Source of the DNA: Acutalibacteraceae bacterium
GTDB taxonomy: Bacteria; Bacillota; Clostridia; Oscillospirales; Acutalibacteraceae
Direction of reading: 5' to 3'
Assembly (NCBI GenBank): GCA_045588735.1
Contig: JAZNET010000029.1
Span: 12,983-76,982, forward strand
DNA: 64,000 nucleotides
The translations under genes and the position numbers were made by a program. Under the pieces are notes generated by a model. The model saw only the letters and a list, made by a program, of their open reading frames with translations. It did no database searches and was not told the origin of the DNA. Within the stretch, counting starts at the first letter, position 1, and the number at the start of each line of letters is the position of its first letter. Shown piece after piece: positions 1-9,067 of the stretch.

Positions 1-479
1 AAAAATTAGGTCCTGACACCGGCTACGATTCAATTGCCGATTATGAAATTGCAATAAACCTTTCTAAGCTTCTTAATGCAATGCATTCTGAGTTCAGGCT
101 TCCTAAAACCGTTCTTTTCACACTTAATCCTAAGGATAACCAGGTTTTAGGCACAATGCTCGGCAACTTCCAGACAGATGAAGCTGCTTCTAAAATTCAG
201 TTCGGTACGGCTTGGTGGTTTAACGATAACTACGACGGTATGCGAGCTCAAATGAGTGCGTTAATGAACTTAGGAGCATTCGCAAAATTCATTGGTATGC
301 TTACTGACTCAAGAAGCTTCCTGTCTTACCCAAGACACGAGTATTTTAGAAGAATTGTTTGTGAAATAATAGGTGATTTGGTTGAAGAAGGGAAATACCC
401 TGATGATATGGAGTTTTTGAGTGAGGTTGTTAAGGATATATCTTTTAGGAATGCTCAAAAATACTTTGGCGTGGAATAA
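1..479 (+). CDS. uxaC: glucuronate (uronate) isomerase, C-terminal part; 5' end lies upstream of the window
   Basis: Frame is open from nt 3. The translated tail (FGTAWWFNDNYDGMRAQM...LTDSRSFLSYPRHEYFRR) matches the conserved UxaC C-terminus. A hairpin terminator follows. Confidence 0.85.
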   Translation, partial: KLGPDTGYDSIADYEIAINLSKLLNAMHSEFRLPKTVLFTLNPKDNQVLGTMLGNFQTDEAASKIQFGTAWWFNDNYDGMRAQMSALMNLGAFAKFIGMLTDSRSFLSYPRHEYFRRIVCEIIGDLVEEGKYPDDMEFLSEVVKDISFRNAQKYFGVE

Positions 480-488
480 ATTAAAAAA

Positions 489-522
489 ACGACAGAAATT
501 AGCGTTTCTGTCGTTTATTTTT
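489..522 (+). terminator. rho-independent terminator after uxaC
   Basis: Perfect 10-bp stem ACGACAGAAA/TTTCTGTCGT with loop TTAGCG, followed by a T-rich tail. Confidence 0.75.
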
Positions 523-608
523 ACTAAAATCCCCTTAAATCCCTATAGGTTTGTAGTAGATATTTACAAAAAATTAACGAAATTTTTGAACAAAATAACT
601 GCAAACTA

Positions 609-637
609 TTGCATTTAGTGTGAAAATATAATATAAT
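609..637 (+). promoter_or_regulatory. sigma-A-like promoter candidate for the GGDEF gene
   Basis: TTGCAT, 17 nt spacer, TATAAT. The position upstream of 702 is plausible but other AT-rich hexamers lie nearby. Confidence 0.35.
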
Positions 638-701
638 ATACACGATATTGTATAATAGATCAATATGTTTAGGAAAGAGATTATTTTTGTAATGAAATGG
701 G

Positions 702-2000
702 GTGGAGACCATAGACGGTTTAGCACTTGCTACAGAATTTTCTTCTGTTGCGGAACGAATAGCAGCATATGCAGCGGCAGACAATTTTGCCTGGTATGAT
801 ATGGAAAATATCGTGGTGAATTGCTCGGCACTGCTTTTACTTTTGTTCTTGAGAATTCAGCACAAAAGTATTAAAAACAGCTTCCTTTTAGACCAAAAGC
901 TGTTCACACTTATGTTAGACTTGGCAATGGTTATGTGCTTTGTAGAGGCAGGTGCCAATTCCTGGAATTACAGGGCAATTTTTTCGGCACTGCTACCGAA
1001 TGAGGCGGTCGGACTTTTCATAGACCGCTCTGTGAGTATGGTATTTAACATATTATATTTCGGTGTGAATTTAGTATTTGGCTATATTTGGTGTCTTTAC
1101 GCTGTGCATAAAATGTATGGCAGCCCACGAAGGGTTAAGCGTTATGCAAAACTTATTTGCGCTCCGGCAATAATAGGGCTTGTTGCGCTCCTTACAAACC
1201 CTATTACAAATTGGGTTTTCTCCATAAATGAGAACAACAAGTACGTTCGCGGCGATTTAATGCTGCTTCCTGCGTTGGCAATTATGTCGTACTTAGTATT
1301 TGGCGTTGTTTACATTAACTCAAACCGCAGACGACTTAACAAGTATATGATTTTACCGATGACCGCTATTGTTACACCTATTTTCATAGGTGCGTTCGTG
1401 TCCTTCCTGGTGCCGGGTACAGCAATTATTGCAATGGTTTTAACTATTTCACTTGTTGGTCTTTATGCAAGTACACAAACAGAATACGCTTATATTGACC
1501 GTTTAAGCGGTGTTTATAACAGACGCTATCTGGACGATTACCTTACTTCCTTAAATGAAAACAAAAAGCATAGGGAAAAGGGTACTACCATTACAGGCAT
1601 AATGGTAGATATGGATAAGTTCAAGCAGATTAACGATAATTTCGGACACCATATGGGTGACGATGCTATTTCTCAGGTAGGTAAAATTTTAAGAGAAAAT
1701 TTAGGCAAGGGTACCTTTGCTGCTCGTTACGGCGGTGACGAATTTATTATTATAACCTATATGCTTGACACAGAGAGTATAGAAACTCTTATGCAAAATC
1801 TTACAGAGGTTGCAAAGGAAAGAAATGCTTCCGGCGATTATCCTTACGTTTTAGATTTCTCATACGGCTATTCTCAGTTTACAGTAGGTAAAGAGGAAAA
1901 CTGTGACGGCTTTATGAAGCGTATGGATGACAATATGTATACTTATAAGGTAGCAAAAAAAGCACGCGCAGAAAAAGCTGCGGCAGAAGAAAATAAATAA
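702..2000 (+). CDS. integral-membrane diguanylate cyclase (GGDEF domain)
   Basis: The N-terminal ~250 aa are multi-pass hydrophobic. The C-terminus has VDMDKFKQINDNFGHHMGD...RYGGDEFII. The start is uncertain: GTG at 702 or in-frame ATG at 801. Confidence 0.85.
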   Translation: METIDGLALATEFSSVAERIAAYAAADNFAWYDMENIVVNCSALLLLLFLRIQHKSIKNSFLLDQKLFTLMLDLAMVMCFVEAGANSWNYRAIFSALLPNEAVGLFIDRSVSMVFNILYFGVNLVFGYIWCLYAVHKMYGSPRRVKRYAKLICAPAIIGLVALLTNPITNWVFSINENNKYVRGDLMLLPALAIMSYLVFGVVYINSNRRRLNKYMILPMTAIVTPIFIGAFVSFLVPGTAIIAMVLTISLVGLYASTQTEYAYIDRLSGVYNRRYLDDYLTSLNENKKHREKGTTITGIMVDMDKFKQINDNFGHHMGDDAISQVGKILRENLGKGTFAARYGGDEFIIITYMLDTESIETLMQNLTEVAKERNASGDYPYVLDFSYGYSQFTVGKEENCDGFMKRMDDNMYTYKVAKKARAEKAAAEENK

Positions 2001-2002
2001 TT

Positions 2003-2046
2003 AAACGGGCTGTAAAACCGCAAGGTTTACAGCCCGTTTTTTTAAT
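2003..2046. terminator. bidirectional hairpin terminator between convergent genes
   Basis: CGGGCTGTAAA...TTTACAGCCCG stem flanked by an A-run and a T-run. It sits between the stop at 2000 (+) and the stop at 2069 (-). Confidence 0.8.
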
Positions 2047-2068
2047 TCTTTTTGTGCCTGTTTACAGC

Positions 2069-3451
2069 TTAACCTACAATATTATTTACCCAAACCTTTT
2101 TCTTTATTAGCGTAAGACCCACAATATCCTTTATTATATCGGTACATTGTACTATTGGGAAAATAATGAAAATGGACAGGTGGAATGCATAGTAAAGAAT
2201 AAATGCTAAGGGGACAACGCAGCCTAATAGGAAAACGCTGTCAAATAAAAATGTTACCATAGTTTTGCCGCCGCTTCTTAAAGTGAAATAGGAGGCATGT
2301 GCAATAGCGTTTATGGGTACTACAAACGCCGCGGTTTTCATAAAGAAATCGGCGTAATTCTTTGCCTCCTGCGAGGTGTTGTAAAGCAATAGTATAGGCT
2401 TGCTCGCAATGAAAATTGAAACACCTACAAGTAAGCTTGCAAAAAACGTAAAGGCAAACATTTTCTTAACGGCAGAAATTGCCTCATCAAATTTACCCGC
2501 GCCTAACAGCTTACCTGCAATAATGCTTATGCTTGAGCCTAATGCCTGGAAGGATATACTTAAAAGATTTACAACGGTTGATGATATGCTGTAGCCTGCA
2601 ACAACAGCTATGCCGTGAAGACTGTAGCTCATGCTTAAAACGGACATGCCTGCCGCCCATAAAAATTCGTTGATTAAAAGAGGGGTACCCTTTACAGTAA
2701 TATTCTTGAGCAAGGCTTTTGGTATATAAAGCGTTTTGAAGGCGCCCTTGAAGAACGGAAAGTCGTTTTTCTTTTTTAACGTATAAATCACAAAAACAAA
2801 GCACTCAACGTATCGGGCGATAACGGTTGCTATTGCGGCACCCGCTGCACCTAACGCAGGTGCACCGAATTTACCGAAGATAAGCACGTAGTTTAAAAAG
2901 CAGTTTATAAAAACGGCAACAAATCCGGTAACCATTGGTATAACTGTTTGACCGGTTTCTCTTAGCGTGCTTGAAAAAATGTTGGAAATTGCAAATGGAA
3001 ATAGTCCTATAATAATTATATTAAGGTATTTTCTTGCGATTGCCGCAGTTAACTCCAAGCTTGAGGTACCGTCACTCTCGTGGAGGAAAAGTCCGATTAA
3101 GAAATCGCCGCAAAAAAAGAATATGAGCGCTGCAATTACTGTAAGCAGAAGGACGGTTGCAGTTTTGAACCTTATTGTGTAGCGGATTCCTTCATCATCC
3201 CTTTTTCCGTGGAATTGGGAGGTGAAAATACCTGCACCGCTTACTGCTCCGAACAGGGCAAGCGTAAAAACAAAATACAACTGATTTACAATAGATACAG
3301 CCGACATATCCTCCGTGCCGAGCTTACCAACCATAACGTTGTCTAAAAGGCTTACAAAATTTGAAATTAAATTTTGTACCATCATGGGCACGGCGATGCC
3401 GAGTGACATTTTGTAAAAGCTTTTATTGCCTATGTATGCTTTAACGTTCAT
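2069..3451 (-). CDS. MATE family efflux transporter
   Basis: 460 aa and about 12 hydrophobic segments. The N-terminal motif PMMVQNLISNFVSLLDNVMVGKLG is typical of MATE/NorM proteins. Confidence 0.85.
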   Translation of the reverse strand: MNVKAYIGNKSFYKMSLGIAVPMMVQNLISNFVSLLDNVMVGKLGTEDMSAVSIVNQLYFVFTLALFGAVSGAGIFTSQFHGKRDDEGIRYTIRFKTATVLLLTVIAALIFFFCGDFLIGLFLHESDGTSSLELTAAIARKYLNIIIIGLFPFAISNIFSSTLRETGQTVIPMVTGFVAVFINCFLNYVLIFGKFGAPALGAAGAAIATVIARYVECFVFVIYTLKKKNDFPFFKGAFKTLYIPKALLKNITVKGTPLLINEFLWAAGMSVLSMSYSLHGIAVVAGYSISSTVVNLLSISFQALGSSISIIAGKLLGAGKFDEAISAVKKMFAFTFFASLLVGVSIFIASKPILLLYNTSQEAKNYADFFMKTAAFVVPINAIAHASYFTLRSGGKTMVTFLFDSVFLLGCVVPLAFILYYAFHLSIFIIFPIVQCTDIIKDIVGLTLIKKKVWVNNIVG

Positions 3452-3452
3452 T

Positions 3453-4409
3453 TTATTTAACCATATCGTGCTCTTTAATGAAGCTTACAACGTCGTCTAC
3501 AGTTGTGAAGGCAAGGCCGACTACTGTGTCTGCACCGCCGTAGTAAATTGCAATTTTGCCGGTGTCGGCATCTGCTAAGGCTGCGCAAGGGAATACAACG
3601 TTTGGCACGTCGCCGACAAATTCGTAAGTTTCACGAGGACTTAAAAGGTAGCAGTCTGCTCTGTGTAAAACCTTCCAGGGCTCGTTAATATCTGTAATCA
3701 TTGCACCCATGCTGTAGGTAAAGCCGTTGCAGCTTGTAATAACACCGTGGTAAAAGCAAAGCCAACCTTCATCTGTTTCAATTGGTGTAGGGCCTGCGCC
3801 AACCTTTGTCATTTCCCAGTTGTTTTCGGGCTTTATAACAAAGCGGTGCTTACCCCAGTAGGTAAGGTCAGGGCTGTGGCTTAAGAAAATATCGCCGTAG
3901 GGAGTGTGACCCTTGTCGCAAGGTCTTGTAAAAATCATATATTCGTTATTAACCTTTCTCGGGAACAAAACACCATTTCTTGAAACCGGTAAAACAGCGT
4001 TTTCTTTTCTGTCCCAGGTAATAAAATCCTCTGTTACGGCAATGCCTATGGATGTGCCGCGGTCTGTATGGCAAACCCAAGAAAGATAATATTTTCCGTC
4101 TATTTCACAAAGGCGTGGGTCGTAGCCGCGAAAGATTTTTTCGTCGTTTAATTCCCAATGGATACCGTCCTTGCTGAAGCCGGTTACAAGGTATTGCTCA
4201 CGGGTAATATCATCAAGTCTGAAAACCCCTGCAAAATCATCCTCTTTGTCACGTCTTACAACAGCGGAGTTAAATATGCTGTTTGCATTCTTGACAAAGC
4301 TTCTGTCTATAATAGGGTTTTCTGTGTAGCGCCATACAGGCTCTGTGTAGCCTGCGGGCTTGTCCTGCCAGGGGATGTTTTTTACGGTTGAATTCAAAAT
4401 TTTTGCCAT
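3453..4409 (-). CDS. GH130 family glycoside phosphorylase (beta-mannoside phosphorylase-like)
   Basis: 318 aa with GH130-type blocks: NSAVV...GVFR, DPR, LFPRK, GAGPTPIETDEGWLCFYHGV, PNVVFPC, IYYGGADT. There is a 1-nt gap to the downstream MATE gene. Confidence 0.8.
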   Translation of the reverse strand: MAKILNSTVKNIPWQDKPAGYTEPVWRYTENPIIDRSFVKNANSIFNSAVVRRDKEDDFAGVFRLDDITREQYLVTGFSKDGIHWELNDEKIFRGYDPRLCEIDGKYYLSWVCHTDRGTSIGIAVTEDFITWDRKENAVLPVSRNGVLFPRKVNNEYMIFTRPCDKGHTPYGDIFLSHSPDLTYWGKHRFVIKPENNWEMTKVGAGPTPIETDEGWLCFYHGVITSCNGFTYSMGAMITDINEPWKVLHRADCYLLSPRETYEFVGDVPNVVFPCAALADADTGKIAIYYGGADTVVGLAFTTVDDVVSFIKEHDMVK

Positions 4410-4440
4410 AACTAAAATTCCTTTACGTCATTTTTAAATT

Positions 4441-5661
4441 TTATAATCTTGCGTTGTCGTAGTAGTTTGCAGTTTCCATTAAAATGTTGGCTGCATCAAA
4501 TATTGTTTTTCTTGAAAGGTTTGCAAGTAAATCCTTGTTGCTGAAGCATTTGTTTATGTATTTTTTAGAAGTGCCCAGCGAACATGATGCAAAGTGATGT
4601 ACTGTAAAAGGTGTAAAGCTTGAGGTGCCTATTATTGTACTTTCCTTTCGTATTTTTAAATTCAGGTTGTCACAAGCATCTGCCATAATGTTAGCAGTGT
4701 CCTTGCTGCCCTCGTTACCGCTGCCATCTTTAAAAAATACGGCAAGCTGCTTTGAGGTGGTTAACTCCTCAACGGGAATGAACACCGTGGGGATGTCTCT
4801 CATAAGCTTTTTGTACTTAGCGGCAAAGGCGTAAGCGCCTGCGTGGTTTGAGTATTCACTACCTGTAATAAGGCAGCAAAACTCGGTTTGGTTATACCTG
4901 AAATTATTTTCGTGCATCTGCTTCATAATTGCAGTGATGGCTGCAGCAGGTACAATGCTTGAGGAAAGTCCGCTTGCGGCATTTGACGGATGCACCAAAA
5001 GAATTGAAAGCAAGTAAAACACGCAAAAGAAAAGAGCAATAGAAGAAAGAAGCTTAAATGCAGGGTTGCTTTCGGGAGCACCTGCAAAAAGATATAAAAT
5101 ACAAGTGCAGAAGGTAAAAGTGTTACCAATTATGCAGCAAGCGAGCAGAACCGTTGTGAGATTTGTTTTAAAAAGGAAAAATCTTTGTTTTTTAGGTGCA
5201 TCTGCACGGGCAACAAGCACAACTCTGTTTTGCGGTTCAAAATGCGCATATCTTTTAGCAAAAATATTTATCGAGGTTCTTTTTGGGAAAAGCGCATCAA
5301 GCGCCTTGCCGTCAAAAAAGAATTTGTAAGCGAACACAGAAAAAATCAAAATACTCAAAACTGTGCAAATGCAAACGGGGATAACTGAGCCGCGCTTTTC
5401 TGCAGCCTTTAAAATAAATGCGGAAACAATTAACCCAAAGCAAAGTATTTTTAGAAGATACGTACCAACCTTTAAATTGGTTGTAAAGGTTTCTTCACGT
5501 GTTTCGTCGCAATAGTTTTTTAATTCATTCATAATAAGCCTTGCGGAGTATGCTTCACCGGGTGAAGCAGGTAATCTGTCGGAGCTTTCAGAAAGAATTC
5601 TGCCTGCAATTGAAAATACGTAGTCTATATTTTCTGTAGATAGTTTTGGTGTAATTGTCAT
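4441..5661 (-). CDS. membrane protein with a degenerate M28-peptidase-like scaffold (function unknown)
   Basis: 406 aa with several hydrophobic segments. Segments resemble M28 blocks (SPGEAYSA, VVLVARADAP, HPSNAASG, GSEYSNHAG, TVHHF), but the usual metal ligands appear substituted. The start overlaps the kinase stop (ATGA). Confidence 0.4.
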   Translation of the reverse strand: MTITPKLSTENIDYVFSIAGRILSESSDRLPASPGEAYSARLIMNELKNYCDETREETFTTNLKVGTYLLKILCFGLIVSAFILKAAEKRGSVIPVCICTVLSILIFSVFAYKFFFDGKALDALFPKRTSINIFAKRYAHFEPQNRVVLVARADAPKKQRFFLFKTNLTTVLLACCIIGNTFTFCTCILYLFAGAPESNPAFKLLSSIALFFCVFYLLSILLVHPSNAASGLSSSIVPAAAITAIMKQMHENNFRYNQTEFCCLITGSEYSNHAGAYAFAAKYKKLMRDIPTVFIPVEELTTSKQLAVFFKDGSGNEGSKDTANIMADACDNLNLKIRKESTIIGTSSFTPFTVHHFASCSLGTSKKYINKCFSNKDLLANLSRKTIFDAANILMETANYYDNARL

Positions 5662-7127
5662 TTTAAAATAATCTCTTTAAACCTTTTGTATGCAGCTTCC
5701 CATTTTTCATTTTCTGTAGGAAGGTAGCAAGTAAGGTTTTCACCCTCTGCAATAATTTTTCGTGCTTCTTTAATATCCTTAATAGCACCTGAGGAAATAA
5801 GCTGAACAGCAACGTTGCCTAAAGCGGTTGCTTCAATAGGACCGCCGTAAACCTTAACGTTACAGCTTTCTGCAGTCATTTGCAAAAGAAGCTTATCCTT
5901 TGTGCCGCCACCCATAACGTGAATTTTGTCGTATTCCTTTTGGGTGCACTCCTTAATGCCGTCAAAGGTGTAACGGTATTTTAAGGCAAGACTTTCGTAG
6001 ATGCATCTCATGATTTCGCCCGGAGTCTGCGGAACGTATTGACCGGTTGCTTTGCAGTATTCCTGAACACGCTTCGGTATGTTACCCATAGAGCCGAATT
6101 CCGGTGAGTCAGGGTCAATAAAGCATTTGAACGGCTCGCATTCAAGTGCTAATTTTTCAAGGTCTGCATAAGAATATTCTACGTTTTCACGCTTCCATTG
6201 ACGACGGCTTTCCTGTATAAGCCACAAGCCGATGATATTTTTAAGGAAGGCTGTTGTGTAATTGTAGCCGCCCTCGTTAGTAACGTTAAGACGCTTTGAA
6301 GCCTCGTTTATAATAGGCTCCTTAACCTCTGTTCCAAAAAGGGACCACGTGCCGCAGCTTATGAAAACAAAGTCGTCCTCCTGAGAGGGCACAGCCGTAA
6401 TAGCGCTTTGCGTGTCGTGTGCAGCAACAGCAATTACGTTTGCTTTAGGTAAGGAAAGCTCCTCGCAAATTTCGTCGCTTAATGCGCCTACAACAGCACC
6501 CGTAGGTGATATTTTTGTTAAAAGTCTTTTCGGAAGACCTAAGGCATCTATTATTCTGTCTGACCAGTCGTTGGTTTTTAAATCTACCATTTGTGAGGTG
6601 GTTGCAATTGAAAATTCAGTAGATTTAACACCGGTAAGCATATAGTTAAGAAGGTCAGGTGTAAAAAGCATTGTGTCTGCTTCCTCTAAAATATAAGGAC
6701 GGTTTTCCTTTAAGGAGAGAAGCTGAAATACAGTGTTAAAATCCATGAACTGAATTCCTGTAACGTCATACATTTCTTCTTTAGAGATGTATTCCTCTGC
6801 TTTTTCTATCATACCGCTGTTGCGCTTGTCGCGGTAGTGAACGGGGTTTTCTACTAAGGTGCCGTCCTTTCTTAAAAGGCCAAAATCTACACCCCAGGTG
6901 TCTATACCTATACTTTCAAATCCGCCAAATTCCTTTGCCTTTACCATACCCTGTTTGATTTCAAAGAAGAGTCTTTGAATATCCCAGTATATAGTACCGT
7001 TAATGCTTACGGGGTCGTTTGAAAAACGGTGAACCTCCTTAAGGTCGATTTTTTTACCGTCGAAGGTAGCTAAAATTGCTCGGCCGCTTGATGCGCCAAA
7101 ATCAAAAGCAAGAACTCTCTTTTCCAA
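5658..7127 (-). CDS. FGGY-family sugar kinase, rhamnulokinase-like
   Basis: Motifs FDFGASSGR, WGVDFGLL, NPVHYRD and GGG. I prefer the TTG start at 7127, which lies 7 nt after GGGAAG, over the ORF-track start at 7232. The extra N-terminus has no counterpart in the family and would overlap the upstream gene. Confidence 0.75.
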   Translation of the reverse strand: MEKRVLAFDFGASSGRAILATFDGKKIDLKEVHRFSNDPVSINGTIYWDIQRLFFEIKQGMVKAKEFGGFESIGIDTWGVDFGLLRKDGTLVENPVHYRDKRNSGMIEKAEEYISKEEMYDVTGIQFMDFNTVFQLLSLKENRPYILEEADTMLFTPDLLNYMLTGVKSTEFSIATTSQMVDLKTNDWSDRIIDALGLPKRLLTKISPTGAVVGALSDEICEELSLPKANVIAVAAHDTQSAITAVPSQEDDFVFISCGTWSLFGTEVKEPIINEASKRLNVTNEGGYNYTTAFLKNIIGLWLIQESRRQWKRENVEYSYADLEKLALECEPFKCFIDPDSPEFGSMGNIPKRVQEYCKATGQYVPQTPGEIMRCIYESLALKYRYTFDGIKECTQKEYDKIHVMGGGTKDKLLLQMTAESCNVKVYGGPIEATALGNVAVQLISSGAIKDIKEARKIIAEGENLTCYLPTENEKWEAAYKRFKEIILK

Positions 7128-7228
7128 ATAGAACACTTCCCTTTCGTCAACGTAATGTCGCCTTACAAGAATAAATAGGGTGAAAAAACCGAAATATGCC
7201 GGTTTGAGGCAGGTTCGGATTACTCTTG

Positions 7229-8155
7229 TCACCTTAAGAAGCAGTTAACAATAATTTCTTCTGCCTCTTCCTCTGTTTTACCTAATGTCTGAAGCTTTAA
7301 AAGCTGGTCGTTATTTATTTTTCCTATGGCTGCCTCGTGTACAATATTTGCATCACAATGGTTTGCAGCAATTTCAGGAATCGAGCGTATGTGTGCGTTG
7401 CCCATGATAATTGAGTCGCACTGAACGTGTGCTCTGCACTTTGCGTTGCCCACAGCCTTTGGGTAGAACACCTGCTCGGAATTATCCTTTGCAACGGAGC
7501 GCGAGATGATTTGCGAGGAGGCATCAAGTCCGTTAAGCTCGATTGTCATATCAGAATGAGCAACTTGGTTGTCGTGAGTCATAAGCTTTTCTAAAATAAG
7601 AAGATGTGCACCTGACTCTAATTTGGCAACGGTGTTTCTTTTTGTGGAATCAACGCCCTCAATTTGCACCATTTCCATCTCGCAGTATGAGTTTTCATCC
7701 ATAAATATTTCCGTAACGGGGTTTAAAACTCTTTCTCCCGTGCCGGTGCCCTCACCGTAATGCTTTTCTACGTATTTTATACGGGCGTTTTTACCAATAT
7801 GAAAACGGTGAATGCCGTCGTGCTCACTCTTTTTGTCGCCTGAGTTGTGAATTCCGCAGCCGGCAACAATTAAAACGTCTGCATCATCACCAATAAAAAA
7901 GTCGTTGTAAACTAAATCGTCTACACCGGTTTCGGTTATTATAACAGGAATATGCACGCTTTCGTTTTTAGTGCCGGGTTTAATTGTAATATCAATGCCC
8001 GGCTTATCTTTTTTGTTTTCTATTATTATATTTTCTGTTGAAGCACGGCCTGCGCTTTCTCCGTTACGGCGAATGTTGTACGCACCTTTTGGTACGTCAT
8101 GCAAATCGGCAATAGCCTCTAACATACGAGAATCAATTTTTTGCACAGCATTCAC
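7229..8155 (-). CDS. SufB/SufD-family Fe-S assembly-like protein
   Basis: 308 aa. The C-terminal block HEAAIGKINNDQLLKLQTLGKTEEEAEEIIVNCF is typical of SufB/SufD beta-helix proteins. It is adjacent to a SufC-like ATPase. Confidence 0.7.
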   Translation of the reverse strand: MNAVQKIDSRMLEAIADLHDVPKGAYNIRRNGESAGRASTENIIIENKKDKPGIDITIKPGTKNESVHIPVIITETGVDDLVYNDFFIGDDADVLIVAGCGIHNSGDKKSEHDGIHRFHIGKNARIKYVEKHYGEGTGTGERVLNPVTEIFMDENSYCEMEMVQIEGVDSTKRNTVAKLESGAHLLILEKLMTHDNQVAHSDMTIELNGLDASSQIISRSVAKDNSEQVFYPKAVGNAKCRAHVQCDSIIMGNAHIRSIPEIAANHCDANIVHEAAIGKINNDQLLKLQTLGKTEEEAEEIIVNCFLR

Positions 8156-8158
8156 CCC

Positions 8159-8875
8159 TTATCTGAAATTACAAGCGTTGTTGAATTCATTCATTAAAAG
8201 AGGGAAAACCTCATCAACAGCGCCTTTTTTAGTTATGGTGCCATTTGCTACAATGGCAATTTCGTCTGCTATTTTCATAATTCTCTCCTGGTGAGAAATT
8301 ATAACCATGCTCCGGTTGTTTTGCGCAGAGATGTTTTTAAAGCTTTCTATGAGCATATTAAAGCTCCAGAGGTCAATGCCTGCCTCGGGCTCGTCGTAAA
8401 TAGCAAGACTTACGTTTCTTGCCATTATGGTAGCAATTTCTATTCTTTTGATTTCACCGCCGGAAAGGGTTGAATCAACCTCTCTGTTAAGGTAATCCTT
8501 TGAACAAAGACCTACGTTTGTAAGGTAGGTGCAGCACTGGTCCTCGGGCAGGGTGCTGCCGTGTGCAAGACTTAATAAATCTCTTACGGTAAGACCCTTA
8601 AAGCGTGGCGGCTGCTGGAAAGCGTAGCCTATTCCCAGCTTTGCTCTTTCTGTTATGGACATGTTTGTAATATCTGTACCGTTCCAAAGAATTTTGCCGC
8701 TTGTAGGCTTTTCTATACCCATTATTATTTTTGCAAGGGTAGATTTACCGCCGCCGTTAGGACCGGTGATAACAAGAAATTTCCCATCCTCAAGGGTGAG
8801 GGAAACGTTGTTTAAAATTTCTTTTTTTTCGCCTTCATCGTCAACCCTGAAGGATAAATTTATGAGTTCTAACAT
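8159..8875 (-). CDS. SufC-like ABC ATPase
   Basis: Walker A GPNGGGKST, signature LSGGEIKRIEI and Walker B AIYDEPEAGID. No transmembrane partner is present; it is paired with the SufB/D-like gene. Confidence 0.75.
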   Translation of the reverse strand: MLELINLSFRVDDEGEKKEILNNVSLTLEDGKFLVITGPNGGGKSTLAKIIMGIEKPTSGKILWNGTDITNMSITERAKLGIGYAFQQPPRFKGLTVRDLLSLAHGSTLPEDQCCTYLTNVGLCSKDYLNREVDSTLSGGEIKRIEIATIMARNVSLAIYDEPEAGIDLWSFNMLIESFKNISAQNNRSMVIISHQERIMKIADEIAIVANGTITKKGAVDEVFPLLMNEFNNACNFR

Positions 8876-8931
8876 ATAATTTCACCAATGAATTAAAATT
8901 TAGTATAAACAATACATACTATAACAGATAG

Positions 8932-8960
8932 ATTATATAAAATTTTAGAGATTTATTCAA
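8932..8960 (-). promoter_or_regulatory. sigma-A-like promoter for the SufC-like operon
   Basis: On the minus strand: TTGAAT, 17 nt spacer, TATAAT, about 55 nt upstream of the ATG at 8875. Confidence 0.5.
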
Positions 8961-8977
8961 GTGTTTTCAAAAAAACC

Positions 8978-9006
8978 TTGTTAATGACGGGAAAATGTGT
9001 TATAAT
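8978..9006 (+). promoter_or_regulatory. sigma-A-like promoter (extended -10) for the PAS-GGDEF gene
   Basis: TTGTTA, 17 nt spacer ending TGT, then TATAAT. It is divergent from the SufC-like promoter. Confidence 0.5.
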
Positions 9007-9067
9007 TACAAATATATATAATCTTCTTTTTAAATTTTGATTATTTTATACAAAGGTGGGTGCCCTT

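Noticed and set aside
692-799. 35-aa Cys-rich small ORF (MKWGGDHRRFSTCYRIFFCCGTNSSICSGRQFCLV) overlapping the start of the GGDEF gene.
   Set aside because: The SD-like AGGAAAGAG is about 12 nt away, which is suboptimal. The ORF overlaps the cyclase reading frame, and no conservation evidence is available. It is most likely fortuitous.
7128-7232. ORF-track extension of the sugar kinase to an ATG at 7232 (524 aa).
   Set aside because: The extra 35 residues precede the conserved FDFGASSGR N-terminus. They overlap the upstream gene's stop and span a hairpin. An SD-preceded TTG at 7127 gives a family-typical length.
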